The notes beneath the pieces are model-generated. The model was not told where the DNA came from. It worked only from the letters and a program-made list of their open reading frames with translations, and ran no database searches. 64,000 bases of DNA from an uncultured delta proteobacterium. GTDB lineage: Bacteria; Myxococcota_A; Polyangia; Fen-1088. Position numbers and translations under genes: made by a program. Location of the stretch: assembly GCA_963767925.1 (NCBI GenBank), contig CAVYGB010000010.1, positions 1,600,001 to 1,664,000 of the forward strand. The letters are read 5' to 3'. Positions 33,892-44,280 of the stretch are shown here, one piece after another; within the stretch, counting starts at the first letter, position 1, and each line of letters begins with the position of its first letter.

Positions 33892-36813
33892 TCAGAAGCC
33901 CGCCGTGATCGAGAACCAGAAGCTGCGACTGGGCGGATAAGGCGCCACGTCGATGTTCCTGGCGATCGGCTGGTTGCCGAAGTTGCTCACCTCGGGGTCG
34001 AGGCCGGTGTAGTCGGTGATGGTGAAGAGGTTGCGCGCGGCGATGCTGAGGCGGGCAGTCTTCATGGGGGCCAGCTCGCCGATCCAGGTCGGGGGCAGGT
34101 CGAAGTGGGCCTCGATCTCCCGCAGCTTGAGGAAGCTGGCGTCCTCGATGTAGACGCCCGCGTCGGTGGGCTGGCGCATGAGCCGATCCCGCCCGCCGGT
34201 GGTGAAGTCGGCGCTGTTCGAGCCGAGGTCGTAGAGGAACTTCGTCAGGTTGATGATGTTGCTGCCCTTTTGCCAGTCGAGCAACGCCGAGATCCCGAAG
34301 CGCCCCCAGGTGACCCCCTGGAAGAAGGTCATCCGGAAGTCGGGCTCGCCGTCGCCCAGCTTGCGCAGCTCGCAACACTCGCCGTTGGGCAGCAGGCCCT
34401 GCGACCCCACGATCTGGGTGGCCGACTGGCCCCGCTCGATGCGGAAGGAACCCAGCCCGGCCCCGAACCCCCCGGTCTGGAAGGCGGGGACCGGCAGGTC
34501 GATGATCTTGCTCCGGTTCATCGAGAAGATCGTGCGGGTCAGCCACTCGAAGGAGCCGCTGCGCACGGGCGAGGCCTGCAACATCGCCTCGAACCCCCGG
34601 TTGCGCAGCACGCCCCCGTTGATGTAGGCGTTGAGGAAGCCGGTCGAGTTGGCCACCTGCTGCTCGAGCAAGAGGTCGCTGATGGTCTTCTGGTAGACCG
34701 ACAGCTCGAGCACGCCCCGCCCGTCGAAGGCGATGGCGTCGATGCCGAAGTCGAACTCCCGCTGCCGCTCGGGCCGGATATCGGGGTTGCCGAGCACGCC
34801 GCGCAGCCGCTGGGCCGAGGCCCCCTCGAGGTTCGCCTGGACGGTGAGGGGGGTGAACTTCTGGGCGTAGCGGGGCTGGTTGCCCGACTCGCCGTAGGCC
34901 AGGCGCAGCCGGAACAGCTCGAGGCTGGTGGGCATGCCGGGCAGCGAATAGGAGACCTGGCCCTTGGGGAAGAACAGGACGTCGTCCGGATCGCCGGCGG
35001 TGCTGCTCTGCTCGGCCCGGACGGCCCCCAGCAGCGAGAGGCGCTGCTCGAGCAGGAGGGCCTCCTCCTGCAGGTAGATGCCCCGGTCGCGCACGAGCTG
35101 GCGGTTCTCGGTGAGGGTGACGTTGGTGCCGGTGTCGATGTTGGGCCGCCCGGCCCCCCGGCTGGCGATGTAGACCACGTCCAGGTCGCGCTGCTCGAGC
35201 TGGATGCCGAGCGAGGTGGCGGTGGAGAACCCGTTGCCGGTGAAGCGGTGCAAGAGCCCGGTCGAGAAGTTGAGGTTCTGGTTGTCGCCGTTGGTGTCGA
35301 GGGCGCTGCCGGGGAAGCCGTCGGCCGGCTCGAAGTTGAGGTCGGGCGGGAAGAACAGCTTGTTCTGCTGCTGGAACTGATCGACCCCGAAGTTCGTCAT
35401 CAACATGAGGAGCTGCCGCTCGCTCGTGTACAGCACGAGGCTGGCGTTGGCCGAGGCGATCATGCGCCAGACCACCTCGTCGATGCGGGCCAGGGTGGCG
35501 GTCTGCAGCGGGTTGTTGGTGCTGCCGATGAAGGGGTTGACCGGGAAGGTGCCGTCGGGCCGGCGCTGCAGATCGAGGAAGCTCGGCGTGAAGGGCAGGG
35601 TCATGTAGTGGGCCACGCCGGCGTTGTCGTTGTTGTTCAGGCCGCGCTGGGCCTGCGAGCGGATCATGTTGGCCGTGAAGCCGACCCGCAGCCGCGGCCC
35701 CAGGGCGGCGTCGACCGCCAGGCGGCCCGCCTGCTTCTCGTAGCCGGTGCCGATCATGATGCCCGGATCGTTGCGCTGAGTGAGCGAGGCGTAATAGGTG
35801 AGGTCGCGGGTGCCGCCGGCCAGGTTGACGATGGTCTCGTTGGCCAGGGGGTTGCGGCCGGCGAGCTCCTCCTCGTGGTCGTAGGTGCCGCCCAGCTGGT
35901 AGGCGGCCGCGCCCTGCTCGCCGAAGGCCTCCATGGCCTCCTCGGCGCTGGTGAAGATGCGGGACCCCAGCTTGTTGGAGAGCTGGTAGGTGCCGAAGCG
36001 CTGGGTGACGGTGGCCCGCGCGCCCCCGGGGGTGCCGCGCTTGGTGGTGATGATGACGACGCCGTTGGCCGCCTTGGAGCCGTAGAGGGCCGAGGCGGAG
36101 GCGCCCTTGAGCACCTCGATGCTCTCGATGTCGTTGGTGTTGAGGTCGGCGATGCGGTTGACCTGATCGTCCTGGGTCGACACCGCGCTCGAGCCGGCCG
36201 CCGACTGGGTGACGGCCGAGATGCCGTTGGGGATGGCCACGTTGCTGACGATGACCCCGTCGACGACGAACAGCGGCTCGGTCTGGCCGGTGATGGTGGA
36301 GACCCCGCGCAGCCGCACCTGCAGGCCGCCGCCCGGCGCGCCCGAGTTGGCCTGCACGTTGGCCCCGGCCAGCTTGGACTGCATGGCGCTGTCGATGGTC
36401 TGGGCCGAGACGCGGTTGAGATCTTCGGCCCGCACCACCGAGGCGCCGTTGGCCAGGTTCTGCTTGGCGATGACGGGCGCCCGCTCGTTGAGCACGACGT
36501 CGGTGACGACCGGGGTGATCGTCGCCGTGACCTCGGTCTGGGTGGCCGCCACCGCGACCTCCTTGGGGGCGTGGGCCGGGCCCATCACCTCGAGGATGAC
36601 CGGCCCCTCGGGCACGCCCGGGATGCTGAAGCGGCCATCGGCTTCGGTGATGGCCGAGCTGTCGCGGCCGCGGACCAGGATGACGGCCCCCTGGACCGGC
36701 TCCCCCGAGCCCGCCTCCCTCACCACCCCCGTGATCGTCCGTTCCTGGGCGCGTGCGAGCCCTGCTGGCAAGAGGAGAAGAACCCCCAACAGAAACGTGG
36801 CAACGCGGACCAT
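33892..36813 (-). CDS. SusC/RagA family TonB-dependent receptor
   Basis: Signal peptide, N-terminal extension, SGAPGGG...RLRG, EPLFVVDG, DIESIEVLKGASASALYGSKAANGVVIITTKRG, NLFTITDYTGLDPE, terminal F. Confidence 0.93.
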   Translation of the reverse strand: MVRVATFLLGVLLLLPAGLARAQERTITGVVREAGSGEPVQGAVILVRGRDSSAITEADGRFSIPGVPEGPVILEVMGPAHAPKEVAVAATQTEVTATITPVVTDVVLNERAPVIAKQNLANGASVVRAEDLNRVSAQTIDSAMQSKLAGANVQANSGAPGGGLQVRLRGVSTITGQTEPLFVVDGVIVSNVAIPNGISAVTQSAAGSSAVSTQDDQVNRIADLNTNDIESIEVLKGASASALYGSKAANGVVIITTKRGTPGGARATVTQRFGTYQLSNKLGSRIFTSAEEAMEAFGEQGAAAYQLGGTYDHEEELAGRNPLANETIVNLAGGTRDLTYYASLTQRNDPGIMIGTGYEKQAGRLAVDAALGPRLRVGFTANMIRSQAQRGLNNNDNAGVAHYMTLPFTPSFLDLQRRPDGTFPVNPFIGSTNNPLQTATLARIDEVVWRMIASANASLVLYTSERQLLMLMTNFGVDQFQQQNKLFFPPDLNFEPADGFPGSALDTNGDNQNLNFSTGLLHRFTGNGFSTATSLGIQLEQRDLDVVYIASRGAGRPNIDTGTNVTLTENRQLVRDRGIYLQEEALLLEQRLSLLGAVRAEQSSTAGDPDDVLFFPKGQVSYSLPGMPTSLELFRLRLAYGESGNQPRYAQKFTPLTVQANLEGASAQRLRGVLGNPDIRPERQREFDFGIDAIAFDGRGVLELSVYQKTISDLLLEQQVANSTGFLNAYINGGVLRNRGFEAMLQASPVRSGSFEWLTRTIFSMNRSKIIDLPVPAFQTGGFGAGLGSFRIERGQSATQIVGSQGLLPNGECCELRKLGDGEPDFRMTFFQGVTWGRFGISALLDWQKGSNIINLTKFLYDLGSNSADFTTGGRDRLMRQPTDAGVYIEDASFLKLREIEAHFDLPPTWIGELAPMKTARLSIAARNLFTITDYTGLDPEVSNFGNQPIARNIDVAPYPPSRSFWFSITAGF

Positions 36814-36964
36814 TCGTTCTCCTTTCACTCCGGCCGAGCGCTGGAAGCGCCTGGATCGCTCACGCCGGCCACGAAACAGACGAAGAGGGATGTCGTTAAC
36901 TAACACAGGATCCCGATCGGACATCGCCAGATTCAGCGATCGTATTGACAGGCGCCTACCGCAC

Positions 36965-36979
36965 GCAAGTTTTGTCCCT
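36965..36979 (-). promoter_or_regulatory. Possible sigma-54 promoter upstream of susC
   Basis: Minus strand AGGGACAAAACTTGC fits GG-N10-GC with TT before GC but differs from TGGCAC at several positions. Confidence 0.3.
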
Positions 36980-37232
36980 GCGCTGAGGTGCGTTTGTTCC
37001 CTACTGCGCGATTCAGCGGGCGAGCGCGCCCACAGATCGAACAAGCGCCGCTGGCTCCGGCGCGCGCGAGCTTGCCCGCCCAGATAAGTGGGGAAGCTCG
37101 ACGAGCGCCGCCGCCTCCAGCCGTCGCGCCTTCAGTGAAAACCCCCGGTCGCGGGAGCGGCCGGCACTGGCGCCGGCAGGCACCGGTACCACCTTGTGGG
37201 AAGGCAACCTTGCCGCTCAAGGAGAAACGAAG

Positions 37233-37487
37233 ATGAGCCTGTTGTGGATGTTGATCGTTGGTCTGGTGGTCGGGGCCCTGGCGAAGCTGTTCATGCCTGG
37301 CCGCGATCCCGGTGGAATCATCGTGACCATGCTGCTGGGCGTGGTCGGTGCCTTCGTGGCCGGCTACGGCGGCCGCGCGCTCGGCGTCTACGGCCCGGGG
37401 CAGACCCCCGGCATCATCGCCTCCATCCTGGGCGCGATGGCCTTGCTCCTGATCTACCGCCTGGTCGCGCGGCGACGGACCATCTAG
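37233..37487 (+). CDS. GlsB/YeaQ/YmgE family (transglycosylase-associated) membrane protein
   Basis: LIVGLVVGALAKLFMPGRDPGGIIVTMLLGVVGAFVAG, with AAGGAG RBS. Confidence 0.92.
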   Translation: MSLLWMLIVGLVVGALAKLFMPGRDPGGIIVTMLLGVVGAFVAGYGGRALGVYGPGQTPGIIASILGAMALLLIYRLVARRRTI

Positions 37488-37586
37488 CGGACCAGGGAAC
37501 CTGCGCCCTGGCGTCCTCCTCGAGCGAGTGACCGCCGGGGAGGGCGACGCGGGGGATCGGTCCGGGTCGGCCCGGGCCGCGGGATC

Positions 37587-38684
37587 TCAACGTTTGCGGC
37601 GGCCGAAGAAGCCGCTGCGGGGGCGCGGCGGATCGGCGGGCGTCGAGGGGTCGAGCTCGGCGTAGGCCCGGAGGCGGGCCTCCTGCTCGGCGGTCAGCTT
37701 GCGGGGAACCTGCAGGGCGAAGTGCACGTGCAGGTCGCCCTGCCCCCGCTCGCGCAGGCGAGGCAGCCCGCGGCCGCGCAGGGTGACGACGTCGCCGGGC
37801 TGGGTGCCCGCGTCCACCTCGATCTCCTGCTCGCCGGTGAGGGTGGGGACGGAGACCCGGCTGCCGAGGGCGGCCTGGGCGAAGCTGATGTTGACCTCGG
37901 CGTGCAGGTCGGCGCCGTCCCGCTCGAAGCGGGGATCGGCCGCCACGTGGATGGCGACGTAGAGGTTGCCGGGTCGCCCGCCGCGCGGTGAGACCTGGCC
38001 CCGGCCGCCGACGCGCAAAGTGGCCCCGTCCTCCACCCCGGCCGGGATGCTGACCGAGAGGCCCTCCTCGACCAGGACCATGCCCGAGCCCTCGCAGGCG
38101 GGGCAGACCTTGCGGATCACCTTGCCCTCGCCGCGGCAGCGCGCGCAGGTGGTGGTGATCATGAGGAAGCCCTGCGAGTGCACCACCTGGCCCCGGCCGC
38201 GGCACTGCGGGCAGGTCTCCGGCTCGGTGCCGGGCGCGGCCCCCGAGCCGCGGCACTCCTCGCAGGACGCTTGCCGGCGGTAGCGCACCTCGCGCGTCAC
38301 GCCGGTGGCGGCCTCCTGCAGGGTCAGCTCGACCGCGGTCTCGATGTCGGCGCCAGCCGAGGGGCCACGCATGCCGCCGAACAGGTCGCCGAAGATGTCG
38401 GAGAAGGCGGAGAAGACGTCGCCCACGTCGCGGAAGCCGCCCCCCAGGCCCCCCCGCTCGGGGCCGGCGTGGCCGAAGCGGTCGTAGAGCGCCCGCTTCT
38501 CCGGGTCGCTGAGCACCGAGTAGGCCTCGGCGGCCTCCTTGAACCGCGACTCCGCCTCGTTGTCGTTCGGGTTGCGGTCGGGGTGGAACTGGACCGCCAG
38601 CTTGCGGTAGGCCCGCTTCAGGTCGGTCGCTTCGGCGTTCTGCGGTACACCCAGAACCTCGTAGTAGTCGCGCTTCTCACTCAC
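37587..38684 (-). CDS. dnaJ: Chaperone DnaJ
   Basis: J domain DYYEVLGV...HPD and four CxxCxGxG zinc-finger repeats. Confidence 0.95.
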   Translation of the reverse strand: MSEKRDYYEVLGVPQNAEATDLKRAYRKLAVQFHPDRNPNDNEAESRFKEAAEAYSVLSDPEKRALYDRFGHAGPERGGLGGGFRDVGDVFSAFSDIFGDLFGGMRGPSAGADIETAVELTLQEAATGVTREVRYRRQASCEECRGSGAAPGTEPETCPQCRGRGQVVHSQGFLMITTTCARCRGEGKVIRKVCPACEGSGMVLVEEGLSVSIPAGVEDGATLRVGGRGQVSPRGGRPGNLYVAIHVAADPRFERDGADLHAEVNISFAQAALGSRVSVPTLTGEQEIEVDAGTQPGDVVTLRGRGLPRLRERGQGDLHVHFALQVPRKLTAEQEARLRAYAELDPSTPADPPRPRSGFFGRRKR

Positions 38685-38704
38685 CGTCGTTCAACGTAGG
38701 AAAC

Positions 38705-38726
38705 AGCACCCATTGGTGCCCGTCAA
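38705..38726 (-). promoter_or_regulatory. TTGACG-N8-TGGGTGCT motif upstream of dnaJ (shared with dnaK)
   Basis: Minus strand TTGACGGGCACCAATGGGTGCT, with the same half-sites and spacing as 6873-6894. Confidence 0.5.
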
Positions 38727-38833
38727 TTGTAGTGCCGCACGGGTCGATGCGCGAGCCCGGCGCAGCGTCACACATCGGGGGCGGCTCTAAACCCTTGTGG
38801 TGCAAGGGCGACCCGCTCCATACTTCCGTCGCC

Positions 38834-39358
38834 ATGCGCTGGCTTGCATCTATCCTGGTCGCCGGATTGCTTGGTGGTGGGCTCGGGCTGGGGTGCGGCA
38901 AGACGGTCTACCGGTCACACGAGGGCCAGTACTGCAGCAGCACCGAGGGAGACGACCCCTACTTCGAGTGCTCTCCCTCTTACGACCTGATCTGCATCAA
39001 CACCTATGCGGAGCAGGTCCTCCAGCCGGGCAACGCGCCGCCCAGCTTCACCGAGATCTTCCTGTGCCGGCTGGCCTGCGAGGAGGGCCAGCGCTGTCCG
39101 GACACCAAGGACGTCTGCTGCAAGGGTCCCGTCTACGGGCGGGACTACGGCAAGACCCACGCCTGTGTCCCCGCCGGCATGTGCCAGACGGTCGACCCCC
39201 CCGACGCCGGGCCCGACACCCGGCGGGACACGGCGGCCGCATCCCCCGATGCTCCGGTGGACGCCCCCGAGCAGCAGCCCGACGCCGCCACCAGCGCCGT
39301 GGAGGCCGGCGCCAGCGCGGCGGATGCCGCCGCCGCCCCCGACGGCGCGGGCAACTGA
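38834..39358 (+). CDS. Small Cys-rich lipoprotein
   Basis: Lipobox LGLGC, ~10 further Cys, acidic Ala/Asp/Pro tail. Confidence 0.7.
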   Translation: MRWLASILVAGLLGGGLGLGCGKTVYRSHEGQYCSSTEGDDPYFECSPSYDLICINTYAEQVLQPGNAPPSFTEIFLCRLACEEGQRCPDTKDVCCKGPVYGRDYGKTHACVPAGMCQTVDPPDAGPDTRRDTAAASPDAPVDAPEQQPDAATSAVEAGASAADAAAAPDGAGN

Positions 39359-39368
39359 GCGCGTCGCC

Positions 39369-39737
39369 ATGAAACACAGTCCCGGGTTCCTCCAGCTCGT
39401 GACGGCGGCGAAGCGGGGGATCCGCGAATGCACGGTGGCCGACGTGAAGGCCCGCCTCGACCGCGGCGACCGCTTCGCCCTGATCGACGTGCGCGAGGAG
39501 AGCGAATTCGCCGGGGGACGGGCGCCGGGGGCCCGCCACATCGGCCGCGGCGTGCTCGAGCGCGACGTGGAGGCCCTGATCCCCGATCCCGAGGCGGACA
39601 TCGTCCTTTATTGCGGCGGCGGGTACCGCTCGGCCCTGGCGGCCGAGAGCCTGCAGAAGATGGGCTACCGCCGGGTGATCTCGATGGACGGCGGCTACCG
39701 GGCCTGGCTGGAAGCCGGCTACCCCACCGAGAAGTAG
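39369..39737 (+). CDS. Rhodanese-like domain protein
   Basis: LIDVREESEF...GARHIGRG...IVLYCGGGYRSALAA...SMDGGYRAW. Confidence 0.92.
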   Translation: MKHSPGFLQLVTAAKRGIRECTVADVKARLDRGDRFALIDVREESEFAGGRAPGARHIGRGVLERDVEALIPDPEADIVLYCGGGYRSALAAESLQKMGYRRVISMDGGYRAWLEAGYPTEK

Positions 39738-39772
39738 GGCCCCCGCGCCGCCTGCCTGGAGGACGTTCCCGC

Positions 39773-40360
39773 GTGCCCCGCCGGTTCCCCGACGACCCCC
39801 TGCCCTTCACGCTCCTCGAACGCGAGTACCTGTTTCGCAAGCCGCCCTGGCTGGTGCTGCGCCGGGATCACCTGCGCCTGCCGGGGGGGCGCGAGATCCC
39901 CGAATATTTCGTCTCGGAGTTCCCGCCCTGGGCCAACGTCGTGGCGGTCACCCCCGCCGACGAGCTGGTGATGGTGCGGCAGTACCGGCCCGGCATCGGC
40001 GCCGTGCACTTCGAGCTCCCGGCCGGGGTGATCGACGACAAGGACGCCGACTTCGAGGCGGCCGCCCGGCGCGAGCTGCTCGAGGAGACCGGCTACGGCG
40101 GCGGGCGCTGGTCGCCGCTGCTGACCCTCTCGGCGAACCCGGCCCTGCAGACCAACCTGACCCACAGCTTCCTGGCGGAGGGGGTGACCGCCCTGCACCG
40201 CCCCGATCCCGACGCCACCGAGGACCTGCGGGTCCACCTGGTGCCGGTAGCCGAGCTGCGCGCCCTGCTCGACGGCGGGGAGATGGTGCAGGCCCTTCAC
40301 GCCGCTCCCCTCCTGCGTTACCTCCTGCAGCGCGCCGGCGGCGCGGCCGGCCCTACTTGA
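39773..40360 (+). CDS. NUDIX hydrolase (ADP-ribose pyrophosphatase-like)
   Basis: VRQYRPG...ELPAG...AARRELLEETGY. Confidence 0.9.
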   Translation: MPRRFPDDPLPFTLLEREYLFRKPPWLVLRRDHLRLPGGREIPEYFVSEFPPWANVVAVTPADELVMVRQYRPGIGAVHFELPAGVIDDKDADFEAAARRELLEETGYGGGRWSPLLTLSANPALQTNLTHSFLAEGVTALHRPDPDATEDLRVHLVPVAELRALLDGGEMVQALHAAPLLRYLLQRAGGAAGPT

Positions 40361-41834
40361 CCATCAGGCGGTAGTCGAAGGTGACGCCCCGGGAGGCCGG
40401 GAAGACGGCGGCCTTGAGCTTGTCCTCGACACAGCCGGCGGTCGGCGTGTTGGCGAGCGGACCGCGGACGACGGCCGCGGCGACGCCCCCCTCGGGCGCG
40501 ACCTCCACCCGTACGTCGGCGCCGCCCTGCTGCCCGTGGCGGCGGTAGCACTCGTTCATCGTCTTCTGGACGTCTTTCATCACTGTCGTGATGTCGTTGC
40601 GGGTCAGCGGCGGCTTGGCGGCCTCCTTGGCGGCCAGGGCAGCCTCGCCGCGCTCGCGGGCGGGGGGCCGGGGACCCTCGACCTCGGGGGCCCGCCGGGT
40701 CGCGGCGCCGGCTGCCCCGGCGCCCCGGCCGGGACCGGCGCTCGACCGGGCGTCGACCACGGCGGAGGCCATCAAGCGGTCGAGCTCGTCGCCCGAGCGC
40801 ATCGCCTCACCCACCGCGGAGCGCTTCTCCTCGGCGGGAGGCGCGGCCGGTGCGACCGCCTCGGCGGCGGGGGCGGCGGCGGCAGGGGTCTCGGCCGGCG
40901 CGGCGGCCTCGGCCGGCGCTCGGCGCCGCTCGGCCTTCTGGACCGCCGCGGCCCTGGCTTGAGCCTGGGCCTGCTGGGCCAGGGCCATCGCCCGGGCCTT
41001 GCGTTGGGCCTTCGCCCTGCGGGCCGGTGGAGGCTCCGCGGGGGGCGGCGATTCGTCGCCGAAGGTGACAACCGGATCGTCGAAGCGCTGGCGGCCGCCC
41101 ATGCCCCGCACCGAGGCGCCCCGGCGGGCCGCTGCCCGCGGTCGCTGGGTCATGGCCGCCGGACCGCGGGTCCGCGGCATCCCGATCTCGCGCACGAAGC
41201 GGCGGTTGCCGGTCGCCCGCTGCAGGGCGGGCTTGACCCCGGGCTCGGCGGGGGCGCCGGGCCGCACGGGCAGCGGCGTGACCTCGGGCCGGTTGGCGCC
41301 GGCCGCGGGCTCACCCGGAGGGGTCGCAGCGACGGGCGCGGTCGGCGTAGCCGTGGGGCCCGCGGCCGGGGCGGCCGGCATCCCGGAGGGCGCGGTCGAG
41401 GTGAGGAGGCCGTAACGCTCGGCCACGCCGCGGACGCCCGCCTCCACCCCGGTGAGCCGGGCGTGGATCCAGGGCACCGACGGGCGCAGGAAATAGGTCA
41501 CGCCACCGGCGAGGAACAGCAGCAGCACGAAACGAAGCCCCCAGTGGGGCTTGCCCGGCCGGCGGGGGCGCGCGGGCCCCGGGATCGCGACCGGCGCGTA
41601 GGACCCGGTTCGTCGCGGGACCGACCCGGACATCGCCGGGTTCATGGCCGGGTTCATGGCCGGGTTCATCTGGGGGTTCCAGGTCACGCCGGAGGCGGAG
41701 CCTGACTGCGCCGGCATCACCCCGCTCTCGCGAACTTGTATCGAAGAGGTAGAGCGGATGTTGCTATGCGGACGCGACACCACCGGTCCATTGCCCGCCC
41801 ACGGTGATTGTGTGCCTCTTGGTGGGAAGGCCAT
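40353..41834 (-). CDS. Single-pass Pro/Ala-rich membrane protein with C-terminal TonB_C-like (AgmX/PglI-type) domain
   Basis: TM segment FVLLLFLAGGVTYFL and C-terminal LTRNDITTVM...ECY...VRVEVAPEGGV...AGCVEDKLKAAVFP. Start uncertain. Confidence 0.7.
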   Translation of the reverse strand: MAFPPRGTQSPWAGNGPVVSRPHSNIRSTSSIQVRESGVMPAQSGSASGVTWNPQMNPAMNPAMNPAMSGSVPRRTGSYAPVAIPGPARPRRPGKPHWGLRFVLLLFLAGGVTYFLRPSVPWIHARLTGVEAGVRGVAERYGLLTSTAPSGMPAAPAAGPTATPTAPVAATPPGEPAAGANRPEVTPLPVRPGAPAEPGVKPALQRATGNRRFVREIGMPRTRGPAAMTQRPRAAARRGASVRGMGGRQRFDDPVVTFGDESPPPAEPPPARRAKAQRKARAMALAQQAQAQARAAAVQKAERRRAPAEAAAPAETPAAAAPAAEAVAPAAPPAEEKRSAVGEAMRSGDELDRLMASAVVDARSSAGPGRGAGAAGAATRRAPEVEGPRPPARERGEAALAAKEAAKPPLTRNDITTVMKDVQKTMNECYRRHGQQGGADVRVEVAPEGGVAAAVVRGPLANTPTAGCVEDKLKAAVFPASRGVTFDYRLMVK

Positions 41835-42063
41835 GGGCCGTATATTGGCCGGGATTCAGGCCCAATTGCGATACTTTTTCATCACCGATGTTGATTTTTC
41901 CACAGGTGGGAGCACAGCGTAGGGACCCCGGATCCCAGCGCGCCGCGCGAGTGCATTTCGCGGGATTGTTAACAAACAGCCCGTGACAACCAGGCCGGTC
42001 CGGCGACTCCGGGACGACGTCCGGGGCGACGGCTGGGTCGCCGCGGACGCGCAGCGAGGAGGC

Positions 42064-43665
42064 TCAGCGGAGGAGGGCCGGCTCCAGCGCGGGGACCGCC
42101 GGCGCGCCGGTGAAGTCCACCGGCGGCAGGCCGGGGACGACAAGCGTCTTCCAGCCGGGCCGGGGCATCGGGACGTCGAAGCTGGCGCCGCTGCCATGTC
42201 CGAAGCGGTTCCGGAAGACGGTGACCGCGCCGACCACCGCGCCCGCGGCGTCCAGGACCTGAGCGCGCTCGGCCTGGCCCGAGGGGGCCTCGCCGGTGAG
42301 CGGGCGGCCCCAGAAGACCTGCCCCGCCCCGTCGGAGACGAGGGTCCGGTGCGGCTCGCTGGCCTCGCTCAGGCGCTGGATCAGCCGGGCCGAGGCGCTG
42401 GGCACGCTGATGGCCGTGCGGCGGGTGGCGACGGCAGCGTAGGTATAGTCGCTGATCCACTGCGGGTTGCAGTAGCCCATGAGATCCTTGCGGCTGGTCG
42501 GGCTCTGCAGGCGGGGGGGCACGGTGCGGATGTCGAGGCCCCACTGCCCGATGCCACCGTCGGCGTGGGGGAAGTTGCGGTCGATGCCGTCGCCGCCGCC
42601 GCAGGGGGTGTGGCCGCGCCCGTGCTGGTGCCCGATCTCGTGGATCAGGGTCTCGCCGGCGATGTTGCCGGTGGCGAAGCCGACGCCCAGGCCGACCAGC
42701 CGGCTGGCCGACAGGTTGTCGACCAGGTACGACAGGCCAGCCACGCAGGAGTTGCGGCAGTAGGCGACGAAGTTGGCCGCCGGCTCGACCAGGCCGTAGT
42801 AGTAGACGTCGTTGGCGGCGGCGTCGCGGGCCCGTTGCTCGCGCAGGGCCTCGAGGAGCTGGGGCCAGCCGGCGCTCGCGGTGAGCATGACCGCGGTCGC
42901 GAGCGGCTCGCGCACGGTCACCTCGACGGTGCGGGTCGGGTAGATGGCCAGCAGGATGTCGCGGTAGCGCTGGAGCTGCGGCTCCGACAGGTTGGGCAGG
43001 CGGCCCGAGCCGTCGGCGTTGTACTGGATGGGCACCAGCACGACCTTGAGGATGCCGGTGTCGGTGGGCGAGAGCGCCACGCCGTTGCCGGCGGGGTAGC
43101 TGTGGGCCCCGCCGCCCGAGCAGCTCCCGCCGGTGTGCAACGTGAGGCTGACCCGCGCGTCGGGGCGGATGGCGTCCCCCGGGACGTCGAAGTTCAGGCT
43201 CGATTCCAGCAGCGCTTCGCTCGAGGGGTCGGCCACCACGCCGGTGGCCTCGAACTCGCGCAGGCCGGCCGACGAATCGATCCGCAGCCGGGCGACGGCG
43301 TTGCCCGTGACCGGCGCGCCCCCGTAGCTCAGGTAGGCGCGAAAGAAGGCCCGACGGCCCTCGATGATCGGCACCGCGCGCGCGCTGACCTCGACGCCGT
43401 CGCGGATGAGGGGGATCTTCACCCCCTGGAACATCGCCAGCTCGCTGACCTGCAGGCCGCACGCGTGCGGCTCCGGCACCTCGGGGACGGCTGGCAGGGG
43501 GGGCGTCGACCCGCCGGTCCCGCCCTCGCCGCTGGGGCCCGACGCGGCGCCGCCGTCGCAGGCCGTCAGGGCGGCCGCCAGGAACATCGAAAAAACGGCG
43601 GCCCGCGGCCGGTTGACGCGGCGAACCCCCGGCCCCGACTGTGCAAGCATCAATCTATTGGACAC
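42064..43665 (-). CDS. M66-like zinc metalloprotease lipoprotein
   Basis: Lipobox LTAC, VYYYGLV, HEIGHQHGRGHTPC, DLMGYC...WISDYTY. Confidence 0.85.
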   Translation of the reverse strand: MSNRLMLAQSGPGVRRVNRPRAAVFSMFLAAALTACDGGAASGPSGEGGTGGSTPPLPAVPEVPEPHACGLQVSELAMFQGVKIPLIRDGVEVSARAVPIIEGRRAFFRAYLSYGGAPVTGNAVARLRIDSSAGLREFEATGVVADPSSEALLESSLNFDVPGDAIRPDARVSLTLHTGGSCSGGGAHSYPAGNGVALSPTDTGILKVVLVPIQYNADGSGRLPNLSEPQLQRYRDILLAIYPTRTVEVTVREPLATAVMLTASAGWPQLLEALREQRARDAAANDVYYYGLVEPAANFVAYCRNSCVAGLSYLVDNLSASRLVGLGVGFATGNIAGETLIHEIGHQHGRGHTPCGGGDGIDRNFPHADGGIGQWGLDIRTVPPRLQSPTSRKDLMGYCNPQWISDYTYAAVATRRTAISVPSASARLIQRLSEASEPHRTLVSDGAGQVFWGRPLTGEAPSGQAERAQVLDAAGAVVGAVTVFRNRFGHGSGASFDVPMPRPGWKTLVVPGLPPVDFTGAPAVPALEPALLR

Positions 43666-43936
43666 GCGAGGAAGGCCAAGCGCAACCGACCTTCAGCGAA
43701 AGATTTGCCCGCTGGCCACCACCTCGGAGCGCTGGCGGGGACCTCCTTCAACGCCGCCAGGTCGTCGTCGCTCCAGGCCGGGTTGGTCTCGCCGCTGAGT
43801 GCACGGTGAAGCGCAGGCGTGGCGGATCTCGCCGGCCTGTACCTCGTCCCGGCGCGCCAGGCCGGGGCAAGATCGGCAGACCCGCCGCATCGGCGCTGGT
43901 GAAGCCGGCGGGGTGGGCGCCCGTGGGTCCCGCCGC

Positions 43937-44257
43937 TCAGGGTCGCGGGGCCATGAAGACGAGGACGGCGGCCGGGAGGGGACCGGGGTTGGTCAGGCCG
44001 TGGTCGGCGCCGGCGGGGGCCAGGGCGGCCTGCCCGGGCCCGACCGTGGCGGTCTCGCTGCCCACCTGCACCACCACCTCCCCCTCCACCACGGCGTAGA
44101 CCTTGTCCGCCTCGTCGTGGCGGTGGGGCTTCTGGCTCTGCCCGGGGAGCAAGCAATACACGTCGAAGAAGAACCGGGAAGTCTCGAAGACGTTGATCTT
44201 CTGGAGCTTCGTGGTCTCCCAGCGACGCGCATCGAAGCGGTTGATCTGGATGGGCAT
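43937..44257 (-). CDS. Cupin domain protein
   Basis: PGQSQKPHRH...YAVVEGE...PAGADHGLTN. Confidence 0.88.
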   Translation of the reverse strand: MPIQINRFDARRWETTKLQKINVFETSRFFFDVYCLLPGQSQKPHRHDEADKVYAVVEGEVVVQVGSETATVGPGQAALAPAGADHGLTNPGPLPAAVLVFMAPRP

Positions 44258-44280
44258 GGACCGGTTATACGATCGGCACC

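Noticed and set aside
41897..41905. DnaA box / replication origin in an AT-rich intergenic patch
   Set aside because: Only one imperfect box (TTTTCCACA), with no box cluster and no dnaA/dnaN context.
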